DNA from: Octopus sinensis
Taxonomy: Eukaryota
Assembly (NCBI RefSeq): GCF_006345805.1
Contig: NC_043000.1
Span: forward strand, 61,814,001 to 61,878,000
Reading direction: 5' to 3'
Length of the DNA stretch: 64,000 nucleotides
In this document: positions 50,090 to 63,420 of the stretch, one piece after another
How positions within the stretch are numbered: the first letter of the stretch is position 1
Layout of the letters: each line of letters opens with the position of its first letter
Notes under the pieces: model-generated
The model's input: the letters and a program-made list of their open reading frames with translations, nothing else
Told to the model about the DNA's origin: nothing
Database searches by the model: none
Made by a program: the position numbers and the translations under genes

Positions 50090-51003
50090 AGGATTGTGAG
50101 CCGAATCAAACTTTTAAATAATACATGTCAAGGTCAGCCAAAAGAATGTCCCTGTCCAGGGAAAGAGAGACAGCTGCAGAAAGGGAAGCATACCAAGAAA
50201 CGAACAGACTGTGCACTACAAAAGCCAGATCATCTCAAAGTGATGATCAGAGGTAGGAACGGCTGACAAGGAATAGGATCTCCACTGCAAAACGAAGAGC
50301 AGTTGCAACAGCTAAGAGAAGCAAATTCAATGAAGCAGCTTTCAATTGTGATCCAGAAGTTCATTATGCAGATGACACTAGAGTTTCCATTGGTGAAATG
50401 ACAACTGAGTGCATTCATGCATACATTGTAAAGCAAGGATGTGGTCTGGAGAGACACCTACACTGTGCTGCAGTGATGAAAAAGTTAAACTCCATGCAAT
50501 TCCCCCAACGTCCAGGGCCATTGAAGAAACTGCTGCCATCCACTGACCAAGATTCTAAGAACTTCTAAAACAAAATTAGACAATACAGCGCTGTATTACA
50601 GATGACATCATTTGGAGCAACAAGAGATTTAAATGAGCCAGGATCCATGCAAACTTTCAAGATCCAAGGTCGGATTGCCTCTCTACTACCTCTGTCAAAT
50701 GAATCATCAAAATCGGCCTTTCATTGTTTATAATCTGTATCTGTCTTTTGGTTACGAAATAATCTACACAAAACGTGTTTTTGAAGTACGTGTATTTATT
50801 TATATACATATATAATTTGAAAACTTGCTTTTAACATTTCACTAAACATCTATGTTCTATGTTCACGTGGGCTGGAGAGTTATTCACCTAGAATGTTGGT
50901 ATTTCAGTTACTAGCAGTTAAGACATGCGTAATCTAGATGGCGTTTTAAAATTTCAGTATACTCTTTAACCCGAGCAACACTGGGTATATCTGCTATCTG
51001 CTA

Positions 51004-51004
<1 letters not shown>
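50090..51004 (+). mobile_element. Helitron deletion derivative with Rep N-terminal fragment
   Basis: AAFNCDPEVHYADDTRVSIGEMTTEC; KQIRQYSAVLQMTSFGATRD..SMQTFKIQG; 3' end cccgagcaacactgggtatatctgctatctgCTAG|T at 51001-51004. Confidence 0.85.
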
Positions 51005-51045
<41 letters not shown>

Positions 51046-51243
51046 TATATATATGTATGTATGTATATGTGTGTGTGTGTTTTGTGTGTGTATATACAAG
51101 GACAAACATTGACAAAAAAATATTTCTCGAAAAATTAATTTGCTATTATATTATTAATTTTGTTTTATCGGAATGACTATTAAAAAAAATGGTAATAACC
51201 TAATCAATAATATAGGCGATTGCATGCCCAAGAAAAGCATTAA

Positions 51244-51408
51244 ATAGCTGAAGGAATAAAACTAATCAAAGGACATACTAAGTATGTCTACCTACTGGAA
51301 ATAACAGTCAAAACTCTTATTGGCGATTTAAATAAGAATTTTGACTGTTATTTCCAGCAGGTAGACATACTTAGTATGTCCTTTGATTAATTTTAATCCT
51401 TCAGCTAT
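51244..51408. repeat. Palindromic hairpin element (~78-bp arms) with nested palindromes
   Basis: atagctgaagg...gtcaaaactcttatt / aataagaattttgac...ccttcagctat with a short ggcgattta loop; each arm contains gacatact(a/t)agtatgtc. Confidence 0.9.
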
Positions 51409-52229
51409 ATATATATATACTTGCAACATCTGTTTATAGAATGAATGTGGCATGTATTTCCATAGTATTATCATTACATGTGAATGGCCATATCACGATA
51501 CATAAAACATGTAGGTCGAAACGAATAAATAAGGTTATCCTATAATATTACATTTCATTTTTGAGCATATACTCAAAATTCTAAATAAATAGATATAAAT
51601 GTGACAAAAAATATTTAGATATGAGCGTTTTTGTAGGCATTTATGTAAAGGAACATAAAATGATATATATTCATGAGAGTAGAAAATGTGTGTGCAGCTT
51701 TAGATAGATATATGTATGTATATACATAAGTATATTAATGTTAAATAAATTTATACGTGTGCATAAGAGTGGGTAGTGGTAAATCTTCTTGATTTAATAG
51801 CCTCTTTTATGACAAAGCCAAGCGACAGTACTATAGAACCAAAATTAAATCTGGATGGACTCAGGTTTTTGTCTTTTGCTGTGTTAAAGAACTGACCATA
51901 TCTTACTGATTGCCTTTGAAGCGGAACGGTAAGAGATATTTACCTTTTTACGACATTATTATCTTAGAACGTTAATTTATTTTCCTAAAAATGGAGACAA
52001 ATCCGTGGTTAAGAATGGAGTGCATAAGGAGTTTAGTTTTTCGTTTTTATTTCCATCAGTTTATTTACTTTGGAATTTGATTTTTCATTTCTGTCTCATT
52101 ATATTGCCGAAATCTTTTTCGTCAATGAAATGCTCGAAATTCCTTACTGGTGTGGGTATAAAACAGAGAGAAGCGAAAGATGATCTTAGCATGCTTTGGA
52201 ATCTACTCACCTTTATAGAACTAGTAAAA

Positions 52230-52295
<66 letters not shown>

Positions 52296-52700
52296 GATTT
52301 GCGGGAAGGATTGTTTCATTAAGTCGCGTATTGTCCTTGCCTTCGAAAAAAAAACAGAGTAGATGAAACAGAGACAATTGAAGAAGGGGAATATTTTTTT
52401 TGTTGCATGACTCGTTTCTCTGTTTGTTCTTGTATACAGCAATTGTGGGGATTATATTAATGCGATAATCTGTATAATATATGTAACATACAGCAATTAC
52501 CAGCTGTTACTGAGGCGCCGCAATAGTTGCGGTGATTTGTAATAAAGCCTATTCATTCCATCTACTAATATTAAAATCCATTTGTATACACTCTGTGGAT
52601 ACTCGTGGATTTTCACACGTATATCAAGTTAAAGGTAAAGTCCTGCTGTATGATATCATCTGGTAGCCGATACTAGTTGAAGAACGTTGGAAAGAACGAT

Positions 52701-53301
52701 ATATTGCCAGTTTAGCCAATAAAAACACACGCATTATATATTTGGTGTTATTTTGCTTCAGTGTTATTTATTTTTTACATTAATCTTAATCTTATTTCGG
52801 CCAGAGTTCTTTCGTCACACTCCTGTGACCGCATCAGTGGTCCTTTGTTTTCTTCTTTCTTATTTGTGTCTCTCCTTACTAACCGTCAGCCATTTTGTAT
52901 TTCTATTGTATGTCTTCATTTGCGCATGCTTATATCTCTATGTGCGTTTATGTTTATTTAGTGTGTGTATGTGGGGGGATGCCTGTAATATTTGTATTTT
53001 CTGTTTATATATGTTCATGTAATTTGTATTTTGTTTTTGTTTTTGTTGTTTTTGTTTATTCATTTATTCTTATTATGCGCAAATGAAGACATACAATAGA
53101 AATACAAAATGGCTGACGGTTAGTAAGGAGAGACATAAATAAGAAAGAAGAAAACAAAGGACCACTGATGCGGTCACAGGAGTGTGACGAAAGAACTCTG
53201 GCCGAAATAAGATTAAGATTAATGTAAAAAATAAATAACACTGAAGCAAAATAACACCAAATATATAGTGTGTGTGTTTTTATTGGCTAAACTGGCAATA
53301 T
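52701..53301. repeat. Inverted duplication (227-bp arms 52701-52927 / 53075-53301)
   Basis: Arms are reverse complements with 3 mismatches counted by eye; 147-bp T-rich spacer. Confidence 0.95.
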
Positions 53302-53419
53302 GACCATTCCGAAATATAACAATATCTGTTTCAACACACGACTTCACATAAAAAATCTGCACAACAAATATTTAAACGATATATATATATAATATATATA
53401 TATAATATATATTATATAT

Positions 53420-53635
53420 ATTCTTTTACTTTTTATTCTTTACTCGTTTCAGTCATTTGACTGCGGCCGTGCTGCCGCACCGCCTTTAGTCGAACAAATC
53501 GATCCCAGGACTTATTCTTTCTAAGCCTAATACTTATTTTATCGATCTCTTTTTCCGAACCGCTAAGTTGCGGGGACGTAAACACACCAGCATCGGACGT
53601 CAAGCGATGGTGGGGGGACTAACATAGACACACAA

Positions 53636-53673
<38 letters not shown>

Positions 53674-53852
53674 ACATACGCATATGTATACGACGTGCTT
53701 CTTTCAGTTTCCGTCTACCAAATCCACTCACAAGGCTTTGGTCGGCCCGAGGCTAAAGTAGAAGACACTTGCCCAAGGTGCTACACAGTGGGGCTGAACT
53801 CGGAACCATGTGGCCGGGAAGGAAGCTTCTCAACACACAGCCACTTATGCGC
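53420..53852 (-). mobile_element. tRNA-derived SINE family A copy
   Basis: cttttactcgtttcagtcatttgactgcggcc...ctttcagtttccgtctaccaaatccactcacaaggctttgg...ggaaccatgtgg. Confidence 0.92.
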
Positions 53853-54045
53853 CTACATATATGTGTGTCTGTATGTGTGTGTATGTGTGTGTGTGTGTGT
53901 GTTTGTGTGTGTGTACATATACACACATGCTCATATATCCATTCACTAGACTCCAGTTTCTCGCCACCATTAGCATCCGTTGAAATGTGTGTTCTTTCAG
54001 TATTTGTGTAGTTCTACATACACTGCAAATTGAGAAGGTGTGTGA

Positions 54046-54097
<52 letters not shown>

Positions 54098-55279
54098 ATA
54101 CACACACATATATGTGTGTTAGTGTATGTGTATTTATGTGTGCAAACTCTTAAATTCCAAAAAGGTGAAATGAGTTTAATCAATAAGTATCATTATAAGT
54201 ACCATTATATATTACATTCTTAAACATTGCAGATGTTTAAGTTAGTAGAAACGGTTTGATAGAATAAGTTTGAAATGAAGGGATTTTATTGGTCGAAAAT
54301 ATAACATTTGTACACAGAATATTGTATTATGAGAAAGGTATTTATTGTTTACAAAAGTAATTAATTCTATCAGTAATTACCCCAAAAGTCTTAAATGGAG
54401 CTAGCTAGCTTCTTAAAATGCAACCATTTTCAAAATTGGCTACAGGGTTTAAAAATCCACAATCTATTTATAAGAGAAAACCGTAAAATCTAACCTGTAT
54501 ACTTTTGATAACAAAGAACTTTTTAATTTACAAAATATTTGTAATTTTCAAAGGTTGTGTACGTGTGAGCGTGTGGCAGATATTTCGAATGTAGTTGCGA
54601 TAAGCTTAATCATAGGTAAAGCTGTCGAAGAATTAGAGAAAAAATCTCGTAAGCCGTGTGGCAATTACTTGAAGCAATAGGTTTTAAATAAACCTAACAA
54701 AGCTAAAGGTTTTAGTTAATAAAAATATAATTAGACCGAAGTCTGCCACCCTCTCAAAATAGTTATACGCGATATGAGAAAATGAATCGGAAGAAATTCC
54801 AAGCAGCGTACAGATTATAAATTTTGGTTGCATAAAAGATAAAATGTTATCCCAGGCAGTCTTACAAAGTAGAAATTCTTTGCAACATGTGCACAAGGGC
54901 AATCAGCATTGAGAACACTTAGTTTACTAATTTAAATTTCTGGAAGGCTCATTTATTATAGATGCCGACAGATTCTGTTACCTTAATCACAAATTACCAT
55001 TGCTGATGGAAGCTTTAAAAGAATAGTGGATTCTCCATCAATCTCACCGAAGGGCACTGATTTGTTACACTAATTGCATTGCCACTGGTAAAATTACTTA
55101 GCAAGGAACTGAACATCTCACAATTACGTGGACTCTTAACGTCATTATCAAGTTCAATTTTGCGCCAGCGAGACACAGTACAATAAGACTTGTACTTTGA
55201 ATTACAGTTACTATCCAAAGAAGTAAAGAGAGTGCAGAGTCGATCCCGATGCTGGAGCGGAGGTTTATTTAATGACCAA

Positions 55280-55400
55280 GAAAGAAAGGGAAAATGGTTG
55301 ACCTCATCAGGATCTGAGCTCAGAGAGCAGAAAGCCAGAACGAATAAAGACAAGGTGTGTCACACGACGCTCTAACATTTCTGCCAATTTCCCGCTCCTT
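55280..55400 (-). mobile_element. SINE family B fragment (diverged)
   Basis: ggttgacctcatcaggatctgagctcaga...acgctctaacatttctgccaatttcccgctccttaa. Confidence 0.6.
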
Positions 55401-56035
55401 AAAGCATAGTGGCTAGATAAGGCGAAATGTCCAGGACGCTCTTACTTTTGTGTGAAACGGGAGATTCTCTGTCGCAATGGCGGGCAGACAGCATCACTCT
55501 TTTGAACGAAGTGTTGTATTATAGACATATGGGACTGGATATTTAGACATGCGAAGTCTAGAATGAAATGAAGTAACTATACCTCTTTGAACATGTAATG
55601 TTAGTTTCCATGAATAATAAAGCAAAAATGAGCTAAGAGAAAACGTGAGTATACAAGGAATCAGCTATAGTGCGGAAGATTGAAGAATACATTGGTGCAG
55701 ATATATGGTGTATATGGAAGGCGATTGATGGTTAGGGAAGTACCAAGTAATACAAAGTGTAGAAAACTGCCGAAGACGATCGAACAAGATGCAGAAAAAA
55801 TGGGGTGGGTAAACCGATTTGAAAATGCTAAGAAGCTGAACTACTGTTTAAAAATACTACAACTAACCGCATGGATTTTGTGAGATTCCGAAACAGAAAA
55901 GATCCCGAGCAATGTAGGTATGCAGGGAAAAAAGATCGTAAAATGAAGATTATCGTATTAATGATAATGAAGACAATAACGGCGATATCAACACCTGAAC
56001 ACACGCACGCACAGACACACACACGCACACACACA

Positions 56036-56077
<42 letters not shown>

Positions 56078-56200
56078 CACAAATATCCTTTTTATTTTAA
56101 GCAGCAGCTGCCATTTTGTTAGAACATTTTCTCAATATCGAATTACATAAGAATATGAAATGTTTCTCATTTATGTATTTATGTATGTATGTATATATCA

Positions 56201-56241
<41 letters not shown>

Positions 56242-57484
56242 ACATAATTAGACATGATTAATAGGAAGACATTCTGCTTTTTATTTCATATGAATTTTAC
56301 CATTGCATTATACTGTACTGTTGCAGCTCTAACAAATATGTTCGCTTACGTAGACTATGTACTTCAGCGTCATAACTTAATCCCGGATCAGCTGTCTTAT
56401 ACAGACCTATGATTCAAGATATTGCTGTCGTGTCCATCCTCTGTTTTAGTATATCAATGACTTTATTGACAATGGTATCCTTCTATTGTTTAAATGGTAA
56501 TGTGTAATGTAATGTTGATTTGATCTCTTTTTCTAGTGGCCATGTAGACGCTCTATCTCGGTATTTTCAGGTTTATAATCTCATGTTCAGTAACTCTGTT
56601 AGTCGATAGCTCCCGTGATATTGAATGAAATACCACGATTCAATGAATAACCTTACATGCAAGCTAGAAATCAACAAAATGCCAGATAGTGTGTTCCTTG
56701 ACAGCGTATAATATATTACCAATGCAATATCGAATCCTACGGAAACACACACTGAGATACAGTGCGAGAGAGAGAGAGAGAGAGAGAGAGAGGATCGAAA
56801 TCGAGTGAAGGAGGGAGAGAGAGACTCCAGTATGAGTCTCCAGGCTAAGGATATTCTATCAAGTGATTGGTGTATAATTGATCTTATATTTCTACGTTTC
56901 TAGATATTTTTCGTTTATTATTCTAATGCTTCCAGTCACCGCAATGTTACCATGCCTCAGTTCTGTATAGACTGGTTTTAGTCAATCATACAGGCCTCAT
57001 CACTCGTCTATGTTCGGAGCTGTTTTCATTAATCAATATTTATTGAAACGTTTAGCAGCCTGCCTGTCGTTTTAACATAAAACGGCGCAAAGAAGTGGAA
57101 ATTTAGATTTGCGCGCGCGATATATGTATATATACATATATATATATGATGTATATGATCTATATATAGATATGATGTACGTACAAGGTTGAAGTATGTA
57201 TGGTTTCACTCGATATTTCTGATATTTACCCTACACAAACCTTCTCTTGTCTGTCGTTATGACTATTTTTTTTCAACAGCATTTGTTATCCTTATGTGAC
57301 ATTAAATTTCGGAAATTGCGATATTTGAAAATATAGTTTCACAGATAAAGCTTGTATATAATGTTAATTAATTTATGTAAATTTTTTACAATCTGCATTG
57401 AAATCTAGAGTATTATAATTAACAGACATACGCAATTTTCAACAAAAAATATCCACTGCTGGTTGACGTGATTTCACAGATAAC

Positions 57485-57522
57485 ATACACATATGTACAC
57501 TCGCACACACACATATATATAT

Positions 57523-57562
<40 letters not shown>

Positions 57563-57566
57563 TATA

Positions 57567-57608
<42 letters not shown>

Positions 57609-57635
57609 ATATATATGTATATATATATATATGTA

Positions 57636-57687
<52 letters not shown>

Positions 57688-57723
57688 AACACATACATAC
57701 ATACACATACATACATACATACA

Positions 57724-57757
<34 letters not shown>

Positions 57758-57803
57758 TATATATATATATATGTATGTATGTAAACACATACATACATAC
57801 ATC

Positions 57804-57875
<72 letters not shown>

Positions 57876-57910
57876 TATATATATATATTATTATATATAT
57901 ATAATATATA
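57485..57910. repeat. (TA)n/(TACA)n/(CA)n compound array
   Basis: Directly visible. Confidence 0.95.
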
Positions 57911-58078
57911 CCAGACACCACGAAAGATCGTTAGCCACTACACACATTTTTTCTGTACAAGAGCGTAGGCTCGAAACGTAAGAGACTTTTTCTATCCCTG
58001 AGCGTTATACTAATACATCTGTTTGTTTTGTACATCACCTGACTTCGTCTTTTGTTATTTTCGTAAACTCTCCCTATA
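57911..58078 (+). mobile_element. Short repeat between (TA)n arrays with a degenerate hammerhead-like motif
   Basis: tttt CTGTACAA gagc gtag gctc GAAA CGTA agag at 57949-57984; perfect stem II and GAAA, core with 2 mismatches to CUGANGA. Confidence 0.5.
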
Positions 58079-58878
58079 TATATATATATATATATATAAT
58101 TGATGAAGGAAACCGTAAATGGATTTGGTACGAATTTTTATTCATGGTAGAGACAATCGTTTCGACGCATCGTGCAGCTGTCCCTTGCGCTTAGGATATT
58201 ATGCATCTAGGTGTGTTGCATCAATCAGTAGAATTTGTGGCTCATCAGCTGTTTGGTATAAAAGATATCCTACAACATAAATTGAGCTCCTTCAGGCATT
58301 TTGTACTCTCGCGTAGTATGTGGGTATACTGACTGAGAGCAGAATAATACTGGGGTTATAGGTTGAAGTGGGGCTGGCTACATATAACATAAATTAAAAC
58401 AATAAAGGATAGAAAGTAAAACCTGTCAATTGATAAGACTTGAAAGTTAAAAGGAAGACGGATGAGTATACATTCGTTGACATGACGACATATATAGACG
58501 TACATATATATACATAAATATATATATATACATATATATAAATAGATGTGTGTATTTTTCCGTTGTTAACATTTAACACGGAAAAAATAGATAGAGTTAT
58601 CAGGCTAGCAAAAAATAACACAAGTAAAATGTTTGTAACTCCTTATATTTAAAGGTAGTTAACGTGAAATATTTAAAGATAGGTTACGTGGAATATTTTG
58701 TATGATATATATAAATAGATAGACAGATAGATACATACATAGACAGACAAAAGGATAGACAGGTAGATAAACAAATAGATGGACAAACATTTTCGGTTTC
58801 CTTCATCAATTATATACATACATACATACTCACACACACACACACACACACCTATATATATATATAATATATATATAT

Positions 58879-58939
<61 letters not shown>

Positions 58940-59454
58940 ATCGTTTTGGTCATTAATCCTTTGTTAGAGAAAAAGAATAGAAATGTGTAGGAGGAATTTG
59001 AAAGAGGAAGATGGTTGCAATAAAAAATACGGTGAGGAATTAGTGGCCAGGTGAGAGAGATGCTCTGCAGGGCAGTAAAGAATAGACAAGCGATGCTTCT
59101 GTGCCTGTATGTGTGCACTGGCGTGAAAATACAGAGATATAGTGACGTGCATGCTTAATGATAACGTATGTAAGAAAAGCGTGGATGCGCGAAGTTGAGA
59201 ATATGTGATTATGACGTAAAAGTGAATGAGTAGTTGTGATAGAAGTGGTGTTTCGTGTTAAGGTTGTGAGACACTGTTATGTAAAATATCCACATATATG
59301 TATGTATATCTATGTATGCAGCTATCTATCTATCTATCTAGCTAGCTGGCTAGCTATTTATCTACCTATTTATCTGTTTGTCCATCTATTTGTCTATCTG
59401 CCTGTCAATCCTTCTGTCTGTATGTCCGTATGTATGTATCTATTTATCTTTCTC

Positions 59455-59592
<138 letters not shown>

Positions 59593-60975
59593 CATCACTT
59601 TCTCTCTGTGTTTATGTAATGTGTTGACGTAAACAAGTAATGAGGTTTTCTATTACTCTTAATTTCTGGAAAGGAAATTGTTTTAACAGAACTCAAATTA
59701 AAGCTTTATAAAAAGACCTATGAAGATGATGGTTAAGAAAATGTAGTAAACCGGTAATAAATGTTTTATTAAAGAAATAGCACACAATCAAATGCATTAG
59801 AATAGAATGAGTTATTAGCGTAACTTTAGTTAACTGTAGTATAAATGAACTAAGTAGTGTATTCAAAATTATGATTGCATAAAAGCTGTGTGCATTATTA
59901 ACGTTTCTACATTAGATGGATTTATACAAGGTGATGGCAAGAAAAATGTGCTGTAGGACACATACTTTGAGTAATAGTAAGAAAGAAATATGTCTGTTAG
60001 TGCTTTCTTGAAACTGTAGTCACAAGGTATACTATAAAAATATTGGTATATTCTTAGGAGATATGGATTTCTCTGAGTTTTAGAAAGTAAATTCTAATTC
60101 TTCAAATAAAATGCTTTGACGGGAATAGTTTACTGAAGGGAAGATAAAGTTGAAGAAAAATGATAAGTTCTTTACCCTTAGTCTTTCAGTAGACATGAAG
60201 TGGAGGTGGGTAAGCTTTTATGGTAATTTTAACAGATTTATGAAGATTTTAGTGATTCTGAAATGAAAACATTCGGACATAAATGAAAATGATATTGATA
60301 AACCAAAATATCTCAAATTTTCGAGCAATTTTATAATCAGCCCATACCAGAAAACATACCAGGAGATTCTTAATGGTATCGACACCCAACAATTTACGTG
60401 CTATTGACAGTTTTTATAATTGTTCTGAGATGACATCGTAGGACACCAAAGTTTGTAAACACTGTAAAGCACAATGGAGGGTTAGTGAGACTCATTGATG
60501 GCGAATAGAATTTCATAGACAAGCAAGTCATCTATGACAACAATTGCAGAGTTAAAGCCGTCGAGCTTTTCAAAACCCATACTGTTATGTTTGCTGATAT
60601 ACTTTGGAGCTCGCAGAAAATATCACGAGAAAATGTCTGGACAATTATAAAATATGTAGATGGCATGGTAACTCGTTTGTGTTGGTGCTATAAAGCATTT
60701 TCCAGTATAATTCTTTTTGTTTTTGCTCGGTTTGGGTATTGAATTACTCGAAAATCGGAGGCGTATGGATTTACCAGTCTCGTAAAATAACCCAGTCTTG
60801 GTAATAGTGTTTAAAGTAGTTTTAACCTCATTTCAACTTGACCGCTGAGGTTTCCATGATTGGAGACCATTTTCGGTTTTCCTGACAGGAGAACAACTTT
60901 TTCACAACACGTTAACTTGTCTTTCTAGACCCTGTCAATATCCCGACACATTATATATATTCCGAGAGGAAGGGA

Positions 60976-60986
60976 TGGATAGATAA

Positions 60987-61067
<81 letters not shown>

Positions 61068-61125
61068 GAAATAGAGAAAGGTAGATAGATAGATACATAC
61101 ATAAATAAATACATACATACATACA
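60976..61125. repeat. (GATA)n/(TACA)n microsatellite
   Basis: Directly visible. Confidence 0.95.
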
Positions 61126-61987
61126 ATTTATTCGATTGTGAGTAATTCAATTCACCAATATTATACACGTCTATGTAGCAATTGCTTGCACCCTAGATTA
61201 GATATGTTTCATGTTTTTCACTCAATCTCCACTGCACAACTATATATTAAACAATCTCTGTAAATGGCTCAACAGCATATCACATCCAACACACTAGTTA
61301 TAAGAAATTGATTTAGTGCCAGCGCGCACACACGCTCACACACTCACGCACACCCATACACACACGTATATACACACATATACATTATCTAGAGGAACAT
61401 GCGTCAGCGTTAAATGAAACATGGATAATCATTAATTGCTCCGATGATGTACTTTCACACACATTATCCATGAGAATTTTTTCTCCCGAGACTACTTCTA
61501 AAGCGAAACGTTTTCGCGCGTTCAAGTGTGCACGAAGATGTTAAACATGCTTTTACACACGAGCACAGACAAACATTTACATGCATGTGAACTAAAACGC
61601 TTCCTTAAAAATAATGTTTTGACAGTAGTATTGTTTTTGATCTTTGTAGAGAGAGGTTATTCAGTGCATAGCTTTGCATTAGAGATAGTCAATAAGTGAC
61701 GAAATAAAAAACCTTAAACCGAGAGTGATCAAATGGCAGATACATGAACTTGTACTATATACACATGCATATGTACACATATGTGTGTGTGTGTGTGTGT
61801 GTGTATGAGTGTGTGCGTGTTGTTGAACAAAAACCGCTTTGCCATATGAGTGGGAGAATAGTCCGTGTCAATGCTGAAGAGTACAAGAGTGTATTTGAAG
61901 TTGAATGAGAACATTCTTAGTCAATGTATGCAGGGTCTAAATATTACACCATCGAACTTTTCTCATCTGTCTCTCTCTCTGTCTTTC

Positions 61988-62047
<60 letters not shown>

Positions 62048-63052
62048 TCTCTCTCTCTCTGTATTGTTTCGTATTGATCGATTCTATAAACGGCGTCCAC
62101 CATAAAAATTATTACAAAGTGCATAGTTTATCTGCATTTTACGTATGTACATGCACGCACTGACACGCATACACACACTCGTGCAAGTTGCATCGATATA
62201 ATTTCTGTTCAGTCTCTGGTAAACATATAGATCAACAGACATCTTATTGCAAATATTATATTTATGTGTTTCTGCAGACACTTATACAGAGATGCCCCCA
62301 CACGCACATAAACACACACACCTATTATACATATGCACGCCCCCCCACACACAAATATACGAATGCGTAAATGCTTTTATATTTCCATACATTTTTGTAT
62401 ACCTTATGAACTTTATAATTTAATGTAGGTTTAATTTTGGCATGATTTAAATGAATCTTTTGTTCTTAACATGTGTTATATAAATTGAGAAAAATTGCAG
62501 CAGTATTGTTGATTTTATATTATATTGAACAGTTTTATACAAGGCTGTTACATTGAGGAAAATTTTATTGTTATATTTTTTCATGATATTGTTTCATTCG
62601 GTCTATTATGTTCTAATTAAGATAGTCATGTTATTGATTTGATTCGCAATTGTTTAAAGCTTGTTTGCATGTGTAAACATGTCTTCTTGCTACAGCTATT
62701 TATGCATATTTTTATAGTTCGACTGTGAGATAGAGCGCTAATGAAAACATGAAGAAAAAATAAATAAAAACAGTGGGGCGATTACATCCTAGTTATTCGA
62801 GATCCATGGACGCAGTAAATTTGACTTTATGCATGCTAAGAATATTGTGTGAATTATTTTGTCCCTTACAAATATAACATTGAATTGTGCTTTCAACAGT
62901 TTGACTGAAAGGCTGTAAATGTAGCGTCAGTTACAGGCACAAAGGACTGTGCTAGTTTCAGATGTTAAAAATGATAACTATGTATCCACTAAAAAGTAGA
63001 TTATTAAGCTGATATTTTCCACTCTAACCCACCAGTGTTTGCTATCATTAAT

Positions 63053-63420
63053 CCTTTACTTGTTTTAGGCATTGGCTGCGGCTATATTGGGGAACCACTT
63101 TGAAGGGTTTAGTCGACCAAATCGACTTCAATACCGATTTTTAAATCTGGTACTTATTTTATCGGCTTCTTTTCAGATTCGTGAGGTTAGAGGGACGTAA
63201 AAAGCCAACACCGGTTGCGAAGCAGTAAGAGAACAAATACAAAAATTCACACATGTACATAATCTTACGATGGACTTCCATACAGTTTCTGTCAAACGAA
63301 TTTTCTCACAAGCCCCCAGCTATAGTAAAGAACATGTGTCCAAAGTTCTGCGTTGTGGGACTGGATACAAAATCTCGTACCTGCAATGCGAACTTATTAA
63401 CCGCATAACCTTTCCTGCTA
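63053..63420 (-). mobile_element. SINE family A copy (old, diverged)
   Basis: ttacttgttttaggcattggctgcggc...ttagtcgaccaaatcgac...ggacgtaaaaagccaacaccggttg...ccagctatagtaaagaacatgtgtccaa. Confidence 0.75.

Larger units (their letters stand above)
48605..52433 (+). repeat. ~190-bp direct repeat pair (48605-48795 / 52210-52433)
   Basis: cctttatagaactagtaaaagtac-(microsatellite)-...gtattgtccttgccttcgaaaaaaaa...gaagaaggggaatat...gactcgtttctctgtttgttcttgt occurs twice; a third partial copy lies near 44643. Confidence 0.9.

Noticed and set aside
55020-55260. Helical-looking peptide LVKLLSKELNISQLRGLLTSLSS
   Set aside because: Interrupted by stops; no family recognised.
58140-58250. Minus-strand CTGATTGA...GAAAC hammerhead-like motif
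   Set aside because: Core spacing is wrong and there is no stem I.
60200-60720. Possible piggyBac-like transposase relic (QFL.LF.DDIV; TTIAELK)
   Set aside because: Similarity too weak, and no TTAA/TIR ends found.
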